Assembly (NCBI GenBank): GCA_964016885.1
Contig: OZ024744.1
Span: forward strand, 37,138,001 to 37,202,000
Origin: Eledone cirrhosa
Lineage: Eukaryota
Length of the DNA: 64,000 nt
Direction: 5' to 3'
The position numbers were made by a program, and so were the translations under genes. Shown in pieces: positions 1-13,774 of the stretch. Position 1 is the first letter of the stretch. Each line of letters starts with the position of its first letter. Below the pieces are notes generated by a model, which was not told the origin of the DNA, did not search any database, and saw only the letters and a program-made list of their open reading frames with translations.

Positions 1-1006
1 TTCTTTTTCCCGTGAGGGAGGGGTACAATATGACCTTGCTGGTTTTGCAAGGAGTCATATCGTGTTTCATAGCGAGGGATTCTGACTTGAACAACACCGA
101 AATGGTGCCGTACTGTCTGCCCCTCTCTATGTATTCGGTGTCTTCTCCGAAGCACCTCAGCGCCACTTCGACATCTTCTTGTGGGATTAAAGCTGCCCTT
201 TTGGTTTGTGCTGAGATGCATCTATAATGCACCGTTCTGCGCTCCACTGCCTCAATAGCTTCTACCGGGACAGTTAAGTTGGCCCTGGATTGCTTCTGCT
301 TGATGAGCTTCCATGCCTGGGCCAACTTTTCATCTTTGTTTGAGAGGTCCATGTTGAAGCATGGCCACTTTTTTTATGCTGCTGCTGCGAAAGTTTTCTT
401 CTTGTTTTCGTTGGGGGTGTTGTTGTCGTGGTCGTTGTTCTTGTTGGTGTTGTTGTTAGCACTGTCGCTGTTATCATTGTTGACTTTGTTGACACCGTTG
501 TTCTCGGTGCAGTTGGTATTGTTGCTGTTGGTGTTGTCGCCATTTTTTTCATGTTAGTAGTGTTGATATTGCTGTTGCATTTGTTATTTTTTTTTTATAT
601 CTGTATTTTCGTTGTCGCTGTTACTGTCATTTTTTTAAAAATGAGAGTTCTCATTGGTATCATTGGTGTCTTTGTTTACATTGTTTATGGTGGTGTTTGT
701 GTTATCAATTTGTGTTAATTTCGCTGTAGCGCTTCTATCAAATTCTACCTCGTTGTCGCACGACAGCCGACATATCGTTGGGGGGCGTGGCTCAGCCATG
801 TTTTTTTTTCTCCGTATATTTTTTAACATGTAAAAAAAAAAGTTCAAATATTTTGGCCAAAAGGCCCAAATATTATACTTTCCCCTTCACAGGGCAAAGT
901 CTAAGGGTTTATATCCCTTACACAACAATAAATATTTAACAACAAATAATTTTAACAGGCAAATAAACGACTTATTGGGAGCGAGCAAAATACGTCGGAT
1001 TAGACC
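1..1006 (-). mobile_element. L1/Tx1-clade LINE copy A: 5' UTR and ORF1 N-terminus (continues beyond the window start)
   Basis: Near-identical to about 5900-6917 of copy B (MAEPRPP..CRLSCDN start, Asn-rich segment, same 5' UTR). The 5' end abuts the (ATT)n tail of copy B. Confidence 0.9.

Positions 1007-1039
<33 letters not shown>
1007..1039. repeat. (TAA)n microsatellite joining the 3' end of Tx1 copy B to the 5' end of copy A
   Basis: Perfect TAA run. Confidence 0.95.
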
Positions 1040-1041
<2 letters not shown>

Positions 1042-1306
1042 TTTCATTTATTGGCCACAAGGGCCGACATATAGGGGACACTACAAAAGACTGGGACAAT
1101 GGGGTTTTACAGAAAAATCGAGTAAACAATATGAATAACAATAACAAAGTAACAATAAAGTAACAATAACATTACAACAAGAAGATAATTCCCCAATAGG
1201 GGGAATGACCAACTTGGGTTCGCTCAGATACCCCACCAGTCCTGAACGAACCGACGCTTCGAGAGCACCCTGGAAGGGCACCCCTCTCCTCTTCAACTCT
1301 ACCTAC

Positions 1307-4300
1307 CTATAGCCACATGACCAGAGTAGGCCCACTCACACGGGCCATTCTAGCCACATTCACCCACCTTTCAGCAAATGTACTGGGGGGGGGGGGCAGC
1401 ACTTCTCTCTCAACCCTCACCGTCCTTTCCAAGTGAAACTTGAAAAAGTTGATGAGGGATTGGCCGAAGAGAAAAGTGTCTGTCTTCAGTCCTTTCAACC
1501 TCGTCCACCATACAAACTCTTTCGCTACTGCCACCAGACAGGAAAATTGCCTGCTCTTCCTGGCCAAAATAAGGCGGCGGGTCGATCTTCACTATGGACT
1601 CGGTCGATAGCCGGATCCGTTCTACACGCGACAACAGCTGTTCAACATAACTCCACAAGTCAGTAATGCACGGACACTGGAAGAGTGCGTGCAGAACGGT
1701 TTCGTCGCTCTGCGCGAATCTCGGGCAGGTCCATCTGACAGCACTTCCGTGTCTGTAGAGTTTATCTCGAACCGGCAGTGCCCCCCGGTAGCACTGCCAA
1801 GCGGGGGATTTTTTGAAATTATCCATCGTCCCCGCCTCGAAAGTCCTCCGGTACAGACTGATTAGTTCTACTTCGTTGACTCCCAGAGCCTCTCCGAGTG
1901 CGTCGACGCACTTGCCCACCAATAATCCTCTATAGAACTCGAGAGTGGAAGTTCCACTTACCACATTGCCCGCCTGGCAGAGGGCAGTGAGTCACTGGCA
2001 ACATTCCAAATGCCAGTCACCCAGTCTCGGTCTCTTCTTGACCCAGGACTGCAACTCAGTCAAAGAAACGAGCCGCGGAAAGGCCCGTCTGATAAACGGG
2101 GACCACACCTTTTCACCGTTTAGGCAGAATATCTGGAGATACCGCAGCCTCAGCGCATGCCTGCGCATCATTAGCCATGGCATGCCCAGCCCTCCACGTA
2201 GAGGGTGCTGGCAGCATATGGACCGCCTCACCAACGGAACCTGACCCCTCCACAAGAATTTGAAGAGGAGCCGCTCCAAGATAGCGAGGCGCGAACGAGG
2301 GCAAGGGACGACAGTCAGACGGTAGTAGATGACGGACGCGATGTACGCGTTCGCCACCTCCGCCCGACCTTTCAGTGATAGCTTCATCCCAGCCCATTTC
2401 TGGGTGAGACTGACTACCCTGCCCGTCACCTCGTCCCAATTCTTATCCACCTGGAGGTCTGGCCCGAACCAAACCACTAGCAACTTTACCGGTCCGTCCA
2501 GCGCCTAACGACGCTGTTGGACGGCATGGACTTGCCTCTCCATGTGCCGATCTGCAAGCCCACCGACTTTTCCGGGTTAAGTTTCGCTCCAGTCAACCTT
2601 TCATATTCCTCCAATAAGTTGCCGACCACCTCGGTTTCTGAGGTGTCCGACACCATCACGATGATGTCGTCCGCATAAGCCGACACAGCCTTTCCGCGTC
2701 CCGGTTCGAGCGGGATACCCTGCAACATCTCCAGCCTCCGCAGTAAAGGCTCGAGAGTCAATACGTATAGAAGGCAGGAGAGAGGGCACCCTTGACGGAC
2801 CGATCGGGAGACCGTAAACGGTTCCAAGAGGTGGCCATTAATTTTTCTATCGAGCAGGTGCCGCTGTGCATTGCAGCGATCCAGCTTCTGAAGACGGGCC
2901 GAAACCAGCCGCCTTGAGGACAGCCTCCAGGTACCGATGGTCGACCCTATCGAATGCTTTCGATTGATCTAAATTGATCAGAGCCCCACCGAAGCCAGGT
3001 TTACACCCTACCCTCTCTATGATGTATCGCATTAGGTGGAGGTTGTCGTGTATGGACCTGGTTTGGATTGCGCAAGTTTGCGCCTCCCCAAGCAAATCCC
3101 CGACGACAAGCGCCAACCTCTTTGCTAACACCCTGGCCAAAATCTTGAACTCTGTGTTGAGCAGAGTTATGGGCCTGAAATTGTCTAATATGTCCCTCTT
3201 GTTATCGTCTTTCCTTATCAGCGTCACTACGCCCCGGCTCACAGAACTGGGAATACTCCCGTTTTGCTGCCAGATGCAGTAGAAGGCTTCGAGGAGATTG
3301 GAGAACAAGTCTGGCATATTTACGTAAAGCTCGTAGGGCAGACCATCCAAACCGGGTGACTTGCGCCTCATGCAGTCGACAAGGGCATCCTGAATCTCGT
3401 CTTTCGCAGCGCCCAGCGTCAGCCGTCGAGAGTTGCGGCAAGCCATCGAGGTAGGGACTGAAGTCCGGCCAACATCTCTGACCCGCCACCTCCCCCGAAC
3501 AACCGAGCAAAATGTTTGCGAAAGGCCTCACACATCCGCTTGGAATCGCTCAGCTCTTGTCCGTCTCGGTCCATCAAAGACCGCCTCTGCCACGCGGGCC
3601 CATCGAACACCTTTAGTTCCCTCGTTTCTCAGAGCACGCGCCTTAGCTCTGACAATGCAACCTTCGTGTTTTGCATTGAAGAAATGGTCTAATGCCATGC
3701 TCGCCGCTAGCACGTCAGTTGCAATGCCACTACCAATAGCCTCATCTAACTTATCTACCAAATCCCACTCCTTTCTATTTTTCTCTAACGCTACTTCTTT
3801 GCTAAACTCTGTCGACATTACTCTAATCTCTCTTTTGAGAGCCCCCCACCATCTGTTGTTGATGATCCCTCCTGTCAACTTTTTCTTAACTAAATTGTTG
3901 ACCTGGTCCCTGTAAGCCTTACGTGCCGGAAATGACATGTTTAGCTTCCAGCAACCCGGTCCTAACCTACGCGTCTTATCTAGGTCGACCATACAGATCA
4001 CAAACGTCTGATCTGAATAGGCTACCGTTTCAAAACGTGGACAGCTTACACTATTTATATCTATTTTCCTAATGTATATCATGTCTATATACGATCTAGA
4101 TGACACTATGCGGTTAGCCCAGGACCACACTGGCGCAATAGGGAAATCTAGTCGGTACCTCTCAGACAGGTGGAACAGGCTCATCAGGTTCTTGAGGCTT
4201 TTGCACCACCCTGCTCCTATCGGCTACTCCGACACAGTCCCAACGTGCGCCTAAGCTGCCGTTCCAGTCCCCCGCTAAAGGGCGAAACATACCCAGAAAG

Positions 4301-4683
4301 GCTTCCAGGCGTCTAAAGAAAAACGGCCGTCCTGCCCTAGTAGGAGCATAGACGGCCATCAGTCTAAAGGCCCGACCTTCATTATTGTTCACGTCCAGGA
4401 CCACCAACTTCCCGTCCGGGTCCCGGAAGATCGACCTTTCCTCGAGATCCAGGCCTTTCCTAAACAGCACTGCCACCCTGTCTCCCATTCCCGATCGGCT
4501 AACAGATGCAAAGATCTGATAGTCGTCGAAAATGGGGGCTAGTGCGCGCGTGTCGGAAATCCTGGTCTCGCTGACGGCAATTACATGCATTTCTAGAGAC
4601 CTGAGGTTATTGAGCATGTGACCCTGCTTCCAGGACGATCCCAGGCCTCGAACATTTAAACATCCTACTCTTAATACGGCCAT
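1307..4683 (-). pseudogene. Tx1 copy B ORF2 (APE endonuclease, reverse transcriptase, zinc finger), frameshifted
   Basis: LNVRGL, AVSET, GDWN, KSPGLDGLPYE, NFRPITLLN, DQSKAFDRVDH, RQGCPLS, AYADD and CPR..ET..HALFQC motifs spread over several ORF-track fragments. Confidence 0.95.
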
Positions 4684-4715
4684 GTTGGCAGGTTAAAAAG
4701 AGAGAAAGGAAAGGT

Positions 4716-6709
4716 TTACTTACCTTCCGGGCGCTTGTGAAGGTCGGGTTGTTCGACCTCCATAGTTGGTGGGGTTTCTTTTGGGAACCTCTTTAAAATT
4801 CTTGAAGTTGGTTTTACGTTCGGGGTTCCCACGTCCCGAGGAAAGCTGTCTCGTATTTCTTTGAATATGTCGAGCGACATTCGCACCAGAACCAAATCTT
4901 CCGGCACGCGAAATGTGCTCGATTTAAAAATTTCCCCCTCTTTTTCTATATTTTCAATTCGTGGTACGAGGGCCATCAGTTCCTTGTTGGCCCTCCTGAC
5001 GAGCACGAAGTTTTGTATGTTTTGTTGGTGTGATTTTATTTGTTTGCGTGGTTGTGGTGGTGATGGTTTTGGTGGTGTTGTTTCGGTTTGATCTGTGATT
5101 GTTTGAGTGTGGTGTCTGTGATTTCAGATGTTTGTGTGTATATTTGTTCTTGCGTCTGTTTGGGTTGTTTGCGTTTGGGGGATTCCGGTGATGGTGATGG
5201 TGGTGTTAATGTTAGTGTTATTGGAGAGATGTTTGCGTGGGTGGTGTCTGCGCTTTTTATTGTGGGTGCTTTTGTGCTTTGTTGAGTTTCTTTTTTCTTT
5301 TTGTGTTGAGTTTTTTGTATTTTGGGGTATTTTGGTTTTCCCTCATTTTAACTAATGGTAGATGAGGGGTCTGTGCCTGTAAGTGTTTCTGTATGCATGT
5401 TTATGGTTTTATCAGTGTGTGTATTTTGGGGGGGAGGGGTAATTTGGCAGCTTTCCTCGTTTCCCCCCCTGGTTAGTCAATGTTGGTGGTGGTCTTTCTA
5501 TTGGTGTTGTTGTTGTTTGTTTTGCCGGTGCTGGTGCTGGTTGTGGTCCTCGCCCCGGCGTCGGCAACAATGGAGCCTTTCGACCCCTTGGCTCTTTCAG
5601 CAGTTAAGGGCACAATGCTCGCAAATGTGTTTTTTCCCAACAAACAAAACACTGCGGCCCTTTGCCTTCGGTCTTAATATGAATGACCGTCCCATTCTGA
5701 AGGCGGATGTGGTCCGGGATTGTCTTCACATTCTTGGACCTGATCTGGAAAAGGATCTCCAGACCAACCCCAGATGAGTCCTCTCTGGCCGTTCTGGTCA
5801 CTTCTATAGGGGCGGTATCCGTCCCCTCCACAATCACACATCCCAGAAGCCACCACATGTCAAGTCTTGGTGGGATTCTTGGAATGCGGAGACGGGCCGT
5901 TCTTTTTCCTAGGTGGGTGGTACATTATGACCTTGCTGGTTTTGCAAGGAGTCATACCATGTTTCATAGCGAGGGCGTCTGACTTGAACAACACCGAAAT
6001 GGTGCCGTACTGTCTGCCCCTATCTATGTACTGGGTGTCTTCTCTGATGCACCTCAGCGCGACTTCGACATCTTCTTGTGGGATTAAAGCTGTCCTTTTG
6101 GTTTGTTCTGAGATGCATCTATAATGCAACATTCTGCGTTCCACTGCTTCAATAGCTTCTACCGGTACAGTTAAGTTGGCCCAGGTTTGCTCTTGATTGA
6201 TGAGTTTCCATGCCTGGGCCAACTTTTCATCTTTGTTTGAAAGGTCCATGTTTGAAAGGTCTTTGCTTGAAGAGTCCATGGCCTCTTTTTTGCTGCTGCC
6301 GCAGCGAAAGTGTTCTTGTTTTCGTTGGCAGTGTTGTTGTCGTGGTCGTTGTTCTTGTTGGTGTTGTTGTTAGCACTGTCGCTGTTATCATTGTTGTCTT
6401 TGTTGCCACCGTTGTTCTCGGTGCAGTTGGTATTGTTGCTGTTGGTGTTGTCGCTATTGGTTTTCATGGTGTTGATATTGCTGTTGTATTTGATATTTTT
6501 TTTTTGTTATCTGTATTTTCGTTGTCGCTGTTACTGTCATTTTTTTCAAAATTAGTGTTCTTATTGGTATCATTGGTGTCTTTGTTTACCTTGTTTATGG
6601 TGGTGTTTGTGTTATCAATTTGTGTTAATTTCGCTGTAACGCTCCTCTCAACTTCTACGTCGTTGTCGCACGACAGCCGACATATCGCTGGGGGGCGTGG
6701 CTCAGCCAT
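4716..6709 (-). pseudogene. Tx1 copy B ORF1 (nucleic-acid binding, CCHC knuckle), frameshifted
   Basis: Lies upstream of ORF2. CFVCWEKTHLRALC knuckle. C-terminus MEVEQPDLHKRPEGK is similar to copies C and D. Confidence 0.85.
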
Positions 6710-6953
6710 GTTTTTTTTTGTCCGTAAATTTTTTAACATGTAAAAAAAAAGGTTCAAATATTTGTTCCAAAAGGCCCAAATATTATACTTTCCCCTTCAC
6801 AGGGCAAAGTCTAAGGGTTTATATCCCTTACACAACAATAAATATTTAACAACAAATAATTTTAACAGGCAAATAAAGCGACTTATTGGGAGCGAGTAAA
6901 ATACGTCCGATTAGACCAATAATAATAATTATAATTATAATAATAATAATAAT

Positions 6954-7102
6954 TGTTTCTACTTTTGGCACAAGCCAGCAATTAGTTCATTACTGGTACT
7001 TTATTTTATGAAAGGCAAAGTTAACCTCCGCAGGATTTGAACTCAGACCATAAAGGGACGTAACTCTTTGCTGCAAAGCATGGCGTCCGACCCTCAACCG
7101 AT
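6954..7102 (-). mobile_element. tRNA-derived SINE with Meta-like central domain and (ATT)n tail
   Basis: B-box GAGTTCAAATCC, TTTGCCTTTCAT..AAAGTACCAG domain, CTTGTGCCAAAAGTAGAAAC tail. Many copies in the window. Confidence 0.8.
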
Positions 7103-7109
7103 ATAATGC

Positions 7110-7290
7110 TTTCTTTATTAACCACAAGGGTTTACACAAAGTGAGACATTAAGGTCAGTATAGGACAATACAGGACGGTACAAATGGGCATTTCTGCGTG
7201 TAAAAAACACAAAAACAGGGGATGTAACAAAAAAAGGAACAATGGAAAATTCCCCAATAGGGGGGGGGGGTGTAATAATAATAATAACAA
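7110..7290 (-). mobile_element. 5'-truncated Tx1 3' UTR fragment
   Basis: CCCTATTGGGGAATT and CCCTTGTGG..AATAAAG motifs shared with the other Tx1 3' UTRs. Confidence 0.65.
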
Positions 7291-8418
7291 CTGAATGAAT
7301 AAACAAAACCAAAAAGAAGAAATAAATCTGTTGTTTGTGAATAGTTATAGTCTGCAAATGTGTGTGTGAATCTAGCTATGTGTCTTTGAATGTGCATCTG
7401 TGTGTATGCGAGTGTGAATGTCTTTATAAGTATGTAAATGTGTGTGAAGAGCGAAAGGAGATAGAAAATTCAAATGAATAAATTCGTGTGTATTTCTTTT
7501 ACTATTTTAATTATTATATTTTTTTATTTTTCTATCGCTGAAATAAGAGCAGAGTGCTATTATGCCGCAAGCTGAAAATCATAACAGACATCTTGTCTTG
7601 AAATTATTATACTATCTGGGCGTAGAATATTCATATTTCTGTTTATTTACTTATTTATTGATTTATATTTATTTTATTTAGTTGTAGGATTATAATAGAA
7701 GGATTAAAAGAGATTAACTTTCAATACATTAAACCTCTTTCACTTCCTGTGATTATTGTAACCTGTTTTCTTTACGAAATAAATTGTAAATAAATTTACA
7801 TGACTTAATTTTAAATTGTTCTATTTTTCGTTTATTTGTTTTACCATTATTATTATTATTATTATTATTATTTTTTTTTTTTTTTTGTATTCGTATGTAT
7901 TTCGTTATCTTGTTTCTGTTTTACTTTAAGTTATTGGTTGTTTCATCTGGCTAAGATCGAATTTGTGAAGAAGTGGAAATGTGAATGGCTTTCTTGTGTA
8001 TGTGTGTGTGTGTGCGTGCGTGTGTGTGTGTGTGTGTGTGTGCGTGTGAGTGTGTGTGTGTGTGTTATATTTCGTTTATTTACTTGATAATATAAACAAA
8101 GAGATGAATCATTGAACCATCTTTTAATAATAACAAACAACTTCCTTATGCTGAACAATGTAAAGAAAACCATTAAATATAACACGTAAAACCATAAGCT
8201 AAAATCATTTTGTAGATGTAATCACACCCTCACTTTACTTCCCTTTCATATTGTTACAGCTCCTTAAAGATGACAAAAAGAAGGAGCTTCACTGTCTTTT
8301 AAGGCGGACATGATGAAACCGAATATATAATATTTAAGGAACAATGGAAACTATATTCCTCATGCATGCTTGCACTTATTATATATAATGTGTGTGTATA
8401 TATATATATATATATATA

Positions 8419-8800
8419 GGAAAAAGTATGACCCCGATGGCGGAGCTCAAGCCGTTGCGACAGCTATTTCTGGATTCCAGAATAGTGTCCAGAAATAGCC
8501 GTCGCAACGGCTTGAACTCTGCCGTCGGGGGTCATACTTTTTCCTATTTCCCACTCTACTACCCTAAGTATTGAGTACCCTGGTGCGTTATGGTCCATCT
8601 GGTTCCTTACCACAGTTCCTTCGTTATATATATATATATATATGGACACTATTCTGGAGTCCAGAAATAGCTGTCGCAACGGCTTGAGCTCTGCCGTCGG
8701 GATCCTGAATCTTTTTCTATTACCCACTCTATAACCCGAAGTATCGAGTATTCTGGTGCATTATGGTCCACCTGGTTCCTTACCACACTTCCTTCGTTAT
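8419..8800 (+). repeat. Two copies of a short (TA)n-embedded element; the first has a 5' inverted arm of about 55 bp
   Basis: Inverted arms at about 8419-8474 and 8488-8544. Direct copy at 8643-8798. Related copies at 51497-51626 and 60878-61112. Confidence 0.75.
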
Positions 8801-9535
8801 ATATATATATATATATATATTTATGTGTGCGTGTGTGGTGTAATTGTGTATGGTGTAAGTGTGTGTGTCAGTGCGTGTGTGTGTATCTGTATGTGTCTGT
8901 GTGTTTGTGTGTGTGTGTATATACATATATATAAAGAGATAAAGATAGATAGGTAGATACACATATGTGTGTGAGAGTAGCTGTGTGTATGTGTGCGTTT
9001 GTGCATACGTACGTGTGTGTATGTGTGTATGTATGAAAGATAGAGAAAGAGAGGGAAGTTCTATACTATGATGTCAAATCCTAGTTCAAATCACGTTTAC
9101 AAAGCTGCCCTTAACCTTCAAACACAGATCAGACTCCTTTTCTTAAGCATGTTAAACCAAGCATAAATTTATCCCGTTTATCTTGTATATGCACACACAC
9201 ACACGCACACTCACACTCACCCCCCCCCCCCCCCCACACACACACACACACATACACACACACACACACATACCCATACACACACACACTCACACTCACC
9301 CACACTCATACACACACTCACACACACACACACACACACACACATGTACACACACTGATATAAATACGTGGGTAAACGGCAATGGACTTAGTAAACTCAT
9401 TTAATTGTAATAAGCTTTTTACATTCACCTGTTTCGGAGATTGTCGCCTCAACAGTTTTCCGTACATACTATGTACACATACATAGATACATACATATAC
9501 ATATACAAATACACACACATACATACATACATACA

Positions 9536-9566
<31 letters not shown>

Positions 9567-10539
9567 CCACTTACCATATAATTTGGATAGAAACCAAAAC
9601 CAAATCTATTCAATGTCAACTTCAATTTTCTGCCAAACCAATAACTTTCAGAAAGCTAATTTCTGAATGCTAACACGATGCCATTTCTGTTCAAATAGTT
9701 ACACCCATACATAAATTGTTCTTTCTATTTTCAGCTCAAGTGAATTCGTTCCAAAGATCAAGTATGGAATACAGAATTCGTAATGCCAATTGTAACGATA
9801 CTATTAAATACCTGCATTTCCTAATACCGGTAAAATTAACCCTGGAATATATTATTACTTTCATGTACTTTAAATTCTAATATTTTACAGATTCCTTAGA
9901 TTACACTGGTCAACAAAATTTTGCTTTTCTCTCCTGCTGAACCTAAGTTTGAGACCTGTTCTTGAGTAATTTGGGACCGATGAGTTTTAAAATGACAATA
10001 CTTTTTTTCTATCATGTCAATTTTTTTCTTGGCCAACAAGGAAGGTATACAAAATATCTGTGATTCCTGTGTTTATCGGTTAGCCAAGCGAAAGACAAAC
10101 ATCAAAACCTGATGAGTTAGGGGAGAAATGGATGCCATATTTGAAATCAGCCAGCACCTCAAAATTAGCTAAAAACTAAACCTAAGTCACCAAAAAGTGT
10201 GTTGATCAGTATTATCAATCACTAAGTGTTGCTAGATTCGTATCAAAACTAGATAATTGTATAGAAGTATAAAATGCATACAGACAACCAGAAAGTTTGC
10301 GAGGTAGAGAAATTGCTTGGTATATATATACAATGTTAAGATATTTTCTTTTACTCTTTTACCTGTTCCAGCCATCCACCTGAGACCATGCTGGGGCACC
10401 ATTAAATGTGTAACGATCACGTTTCTCAACAAAAACGCTAAATGGATCTTGCCGTATGGAGATCCAAAGAATTAGCACCACCTTAAAGTATGTACATTTT
10501 TCTACATATATTTTGCTCTATATATGTGTAGAGATGTCA

Positions 10540-10735
10540 ACATGAATGGACCTGTTATTTTTATCTAAAGACATTTTTTCCAATTCCAACCCACCTCACC
10601 CTCAATCTCTCTTATCTGATGAAGGACTAGCGTCAGAAACGTTAGGACCCTCTTCCTGCTATATCAAGAGTTAACCTAATATATCCCTTCCATATACTGT
10701 ACCGATTGTGTTGTTATTTCTGTTTACCTTTTGCT
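10540..10735 (+). mobile_element. Short PLE-terminal-repeat-like element with degenerate minimal hammerhead
   Basis: CTGATGAAGGACTAGCGTCAGAAACGTT. Homologous to the minus-strand copies at 15465-15675 and 50760-50970. Confidence 0.65.
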
Positions 10736-10759
10736 CACACACACACACACACACACACA

Positions 10760-10854
<95 letters not shown>

Positions 10855-10858
<4 letters not shown>

Positions 10859-11352
10859 AGTATATGTTGGTTGTTTACCGACACCTCAGTATGCAGGTTG
10901 GTTTGTTTACTCCGGAGTAATGTAAAGTAATTAAGTCAAATATGTAAAATTTGACTTCGTTTATTATAAATTATAGATATACTGCATATTTCTTTTGAGA
11001 AACACACACACATATATTTTGGTGCCAGCCATCATTGGCTGTGACCTCTTCAGGCAGTCCGAATTGGTGTGGGAAAGACAGGTACACATGTTGTTGAAGT
11101 GTGTTTTGCTCCGTCAATACATCGATATGTCCAACTCCTGGTTCAGTTGTTATTCATCTGAGGAACTGGAATCAGAAGAATAACAACTCAACCAGGAGCT
11201 GGACATATCGATGTATTGACGAAGCAAAACACACTTCAACAACATGTGTACCTCTCTTTCCCACACCAATTTGGACTGCCTGAAGAGGTCACAGCTAATA
11301 ATGGGTGTCACCGAAATATATGTGTGTGTGTGTTTCTCAAAAGAAATATGCT
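10855..11352. mobile_element. Fold-back PLE-terminal-repeat insertion with hammerhead motifs in both arms
   Basis: Inverted arms of about 170 bp around 11160. CTGAAGA-GGTCACAG..GTCACC-GAAA at 11280-11316. Same family as 48556-49390. Confidence 0.75.
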
Positions 11353-11369
11353 TTTTCTCCGCTCTATAT

Positions 11370-11640
11370 AGCTCTATATAGCAACTGCAGATCCCGTACG
11401 GAGTGTCGACTTCGAAATAACTGCTTGGTCTCCGGTATCGTATACAAGTGCACCATTCATGCGGAAAACAGTAGAAAATATGTATACATAGGTGCAACCG
11501 GCGGATATTTTAAATCCCGTTTCTATAACCATGCTTGCTCCTTAAGACCTCGGCATAAAAGATCGCAAACATGTCTGTCTGAGCAGGTATGGTGGCTTAA
11601 GAACGGTAACATCAGCTTTCGAATGGAATGGGACGTCATA
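11370..11640 (+). pseudogene. Naiad-type PLE GIY-YIG endonuclease fragment
   Basis: NCR..EC.L..NCLVSGIVYKC...YVYIGAT..FKSRFYNH...LS..VWWLK. Confidence 0.85.
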
Positions 11641-11767
11641 GACGTGCGTATGTCTGTACATATAAGTGTGTATGTATGTGTGTACATCTATGTGTGTGTA
11701 TGTATATACGTGCATGTATGTGTATGTGTGTGTGTATATATATATGCATGTATGTGTGAGTATTTGT

Positions 11768-11824
<57 letters not shown>

Positions 11825-12389
11825 TGTGCATGTGTGTATATATACGTGGATCTACATATGTGTGTGTACACACTTATCTGCGTAAGCGGGCTCCTGTGTC
11901 TAGGTGTATGTATGGATATGTTCATGTCTGTGCGGGTCTGTATGTCTATGCCTGCCTGTCTATGTTGTTGATTTTTCTACATCTCACAATTATTTCTTCC
12001 CATCAATATTATCTACAACCACGCAATCCCCTTTTAAAAAAATTCTTTGACAAAAACATGAAGTGTCTTTACTGACACTGTAAACTACAAACCGTTGTTT
12101 CCTATTTATACCAAAGTAAGTATTTCACTGACCAATACACATTCTAAAACGCGCCCACACGTGCGGCCCTCCACACGGATCCTTAATTGTTAGCGCGCTC
12201 ACGTAAACACGCACATGAATATCGGTGAATACACACTCGCATTGCCGTCCCACCAAGTACACCAAAATACAAACATACGCCCACACAGAAACAAATAAGG
12301 CCAATGCCTATATATATATATATATACCTTCTCGGCCCATACACCACAATAAAAATATATCTTTTTCGCATCACCAGTCTAAATAAGTG

Positions 12390-12635
12390 AAGGCTTAGTG
12401 GTTAAAGCGTTGGGCTTGCAATCGAAAGGTTGTGAATTCAATTCTCGGACCGGGTGATGTGTTGTTTCCTTGAGCAAGGCACTTTATTTCACGTTGCTCC
12501 AGTTTACTCAGCTGTAGAAATGAGTACCGGCCTGCCCGTCCACCCAGTGTGATGGCGTTATCTTATGGCTAAAACAGCACGGCGTGCTGTGACCAGCGGC
12601 GCCGATTGGCGCCCGACAGACTGGTCGGTCAACGT
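12390..12635 (+). mobile_element. tRNA-derived CORE-type SINE
   Basis: A-box GGCTTAGTGG, B-box-like GAATTCAATTC, CORE-like TCCTTGAGCAAGGCACTT. Confidence 0.7.
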
Positions 12636-12799
12636 GATATATACATATAGAGAGAGAGAAGGAGGGAGGTTAATTTATTTGTTAATCGGGTGAATGAGTT
12701 CTAGATGTAAAGATAAGAGATACATACATCATCACACACATGCATATATGAATGAAATAAACACAGACCCCCCACCACACACACGTATATATATATTTA

Positions 12800-13083
12800 C
12801 AGTGTACCCCTGGCATTTGAACCCTGTTATTCGCGGAATTTTCCTTAGATCTTAATTTTTCGTGGAAACCACCGCATATTCGAGGAATCATAATTATCTT
12901 TCGCAATTTATACCTGGCTTTTTTCGTAGTAATATATATATTTTTAACATTAAATTATTAATAACAAGGTATTTTCTAGGCATTTTTTAATAGAACTCGT
13001 CCAATATTCTCTGTTTTTCACTGTTTTCACTCTTCACGGGTGCTCTAGCAACGTAACCTCCGCGAATACCGTGTGACAACTAC
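12800..13083. mobile_element. Possible degenerate Tc1/mariner (Tigger-like) MITE
   Basis: TA-CAGTGTACCCCTGG start. Inverted TATTCGCGGA / TCCGCGAATA near the two ends. TIRs are poor. Confidence 0.35.
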
Positions 13084-13730
13084 ATATTATCTGCATATCT
13101 GAGATTGGAGATTTTACCTTATTATATGCGGCGTTATCCAAACATAATCATCACGGTTGGAACCTCTCCGGCCTTCTGAGGCCGTTTTTCTTATTCAGTA
13201 ATATTCACATAATTTCTGCTATACAGGACAAAATCCTAGTCTATGATATATAACTGTTTGTAAAATATTTTGATGCGTTACACAACCTGCTTCGACTAAG
13301 CGGATTTGTTGCGTAAGCCTATCTATATGCACGCAAGTTTAAATAGAACTACTAACTAATAACTAATACGAAGTTATCCTGGTTGCAGATTAATAAATGA
13401 GAACAATCTGCCACCGTGTTTTGATTAAATGGATCTGATGGAAATTTCGAGAACTTTACTATAAAAAGGGCAAGCAGCTAGAATGGTCTGCCTTATTTGC
13501 ATAATGCGCCTAAGTTTGGTGACACAGTTCAGTGAATAATGAATAGTTATTCTAGAATAGTCTATATTTCTAGGGTCTAGGGAGGGTTATGCGGTAGATT
13601 TAGCAATAGACTTTTAATTAGATGTTAAAAGAAATCAGGAGTGGAACATAAACACTTTCAATTTTGAGAAATTATTCTTATGCCTGCACTTCAGTTGTTA
13701 TTGTGTCCTCATCAGAGAAAAGCTGCATCG

Positions 13731-13774
<44 letters not shown>

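Larger units (their letters stand above)
1040..6917 (-). mobile_element. Full-length degenerate L1/Tx1-clade LINE copy B, (ATT)n-associated
   Basis: 5' UTR, ORF1, ORF2 (APE endonuclease, RT, Cys/His tail), 3' UTR with AATAAA at 1047-1052 (minus), (ATT)n on both sides. Confidence 0.95.

Noticed and set aside
12390-12460. tRNA gene
   Set aside because: No complete cloverleaf, and it continues into a CORE-like SINE body.
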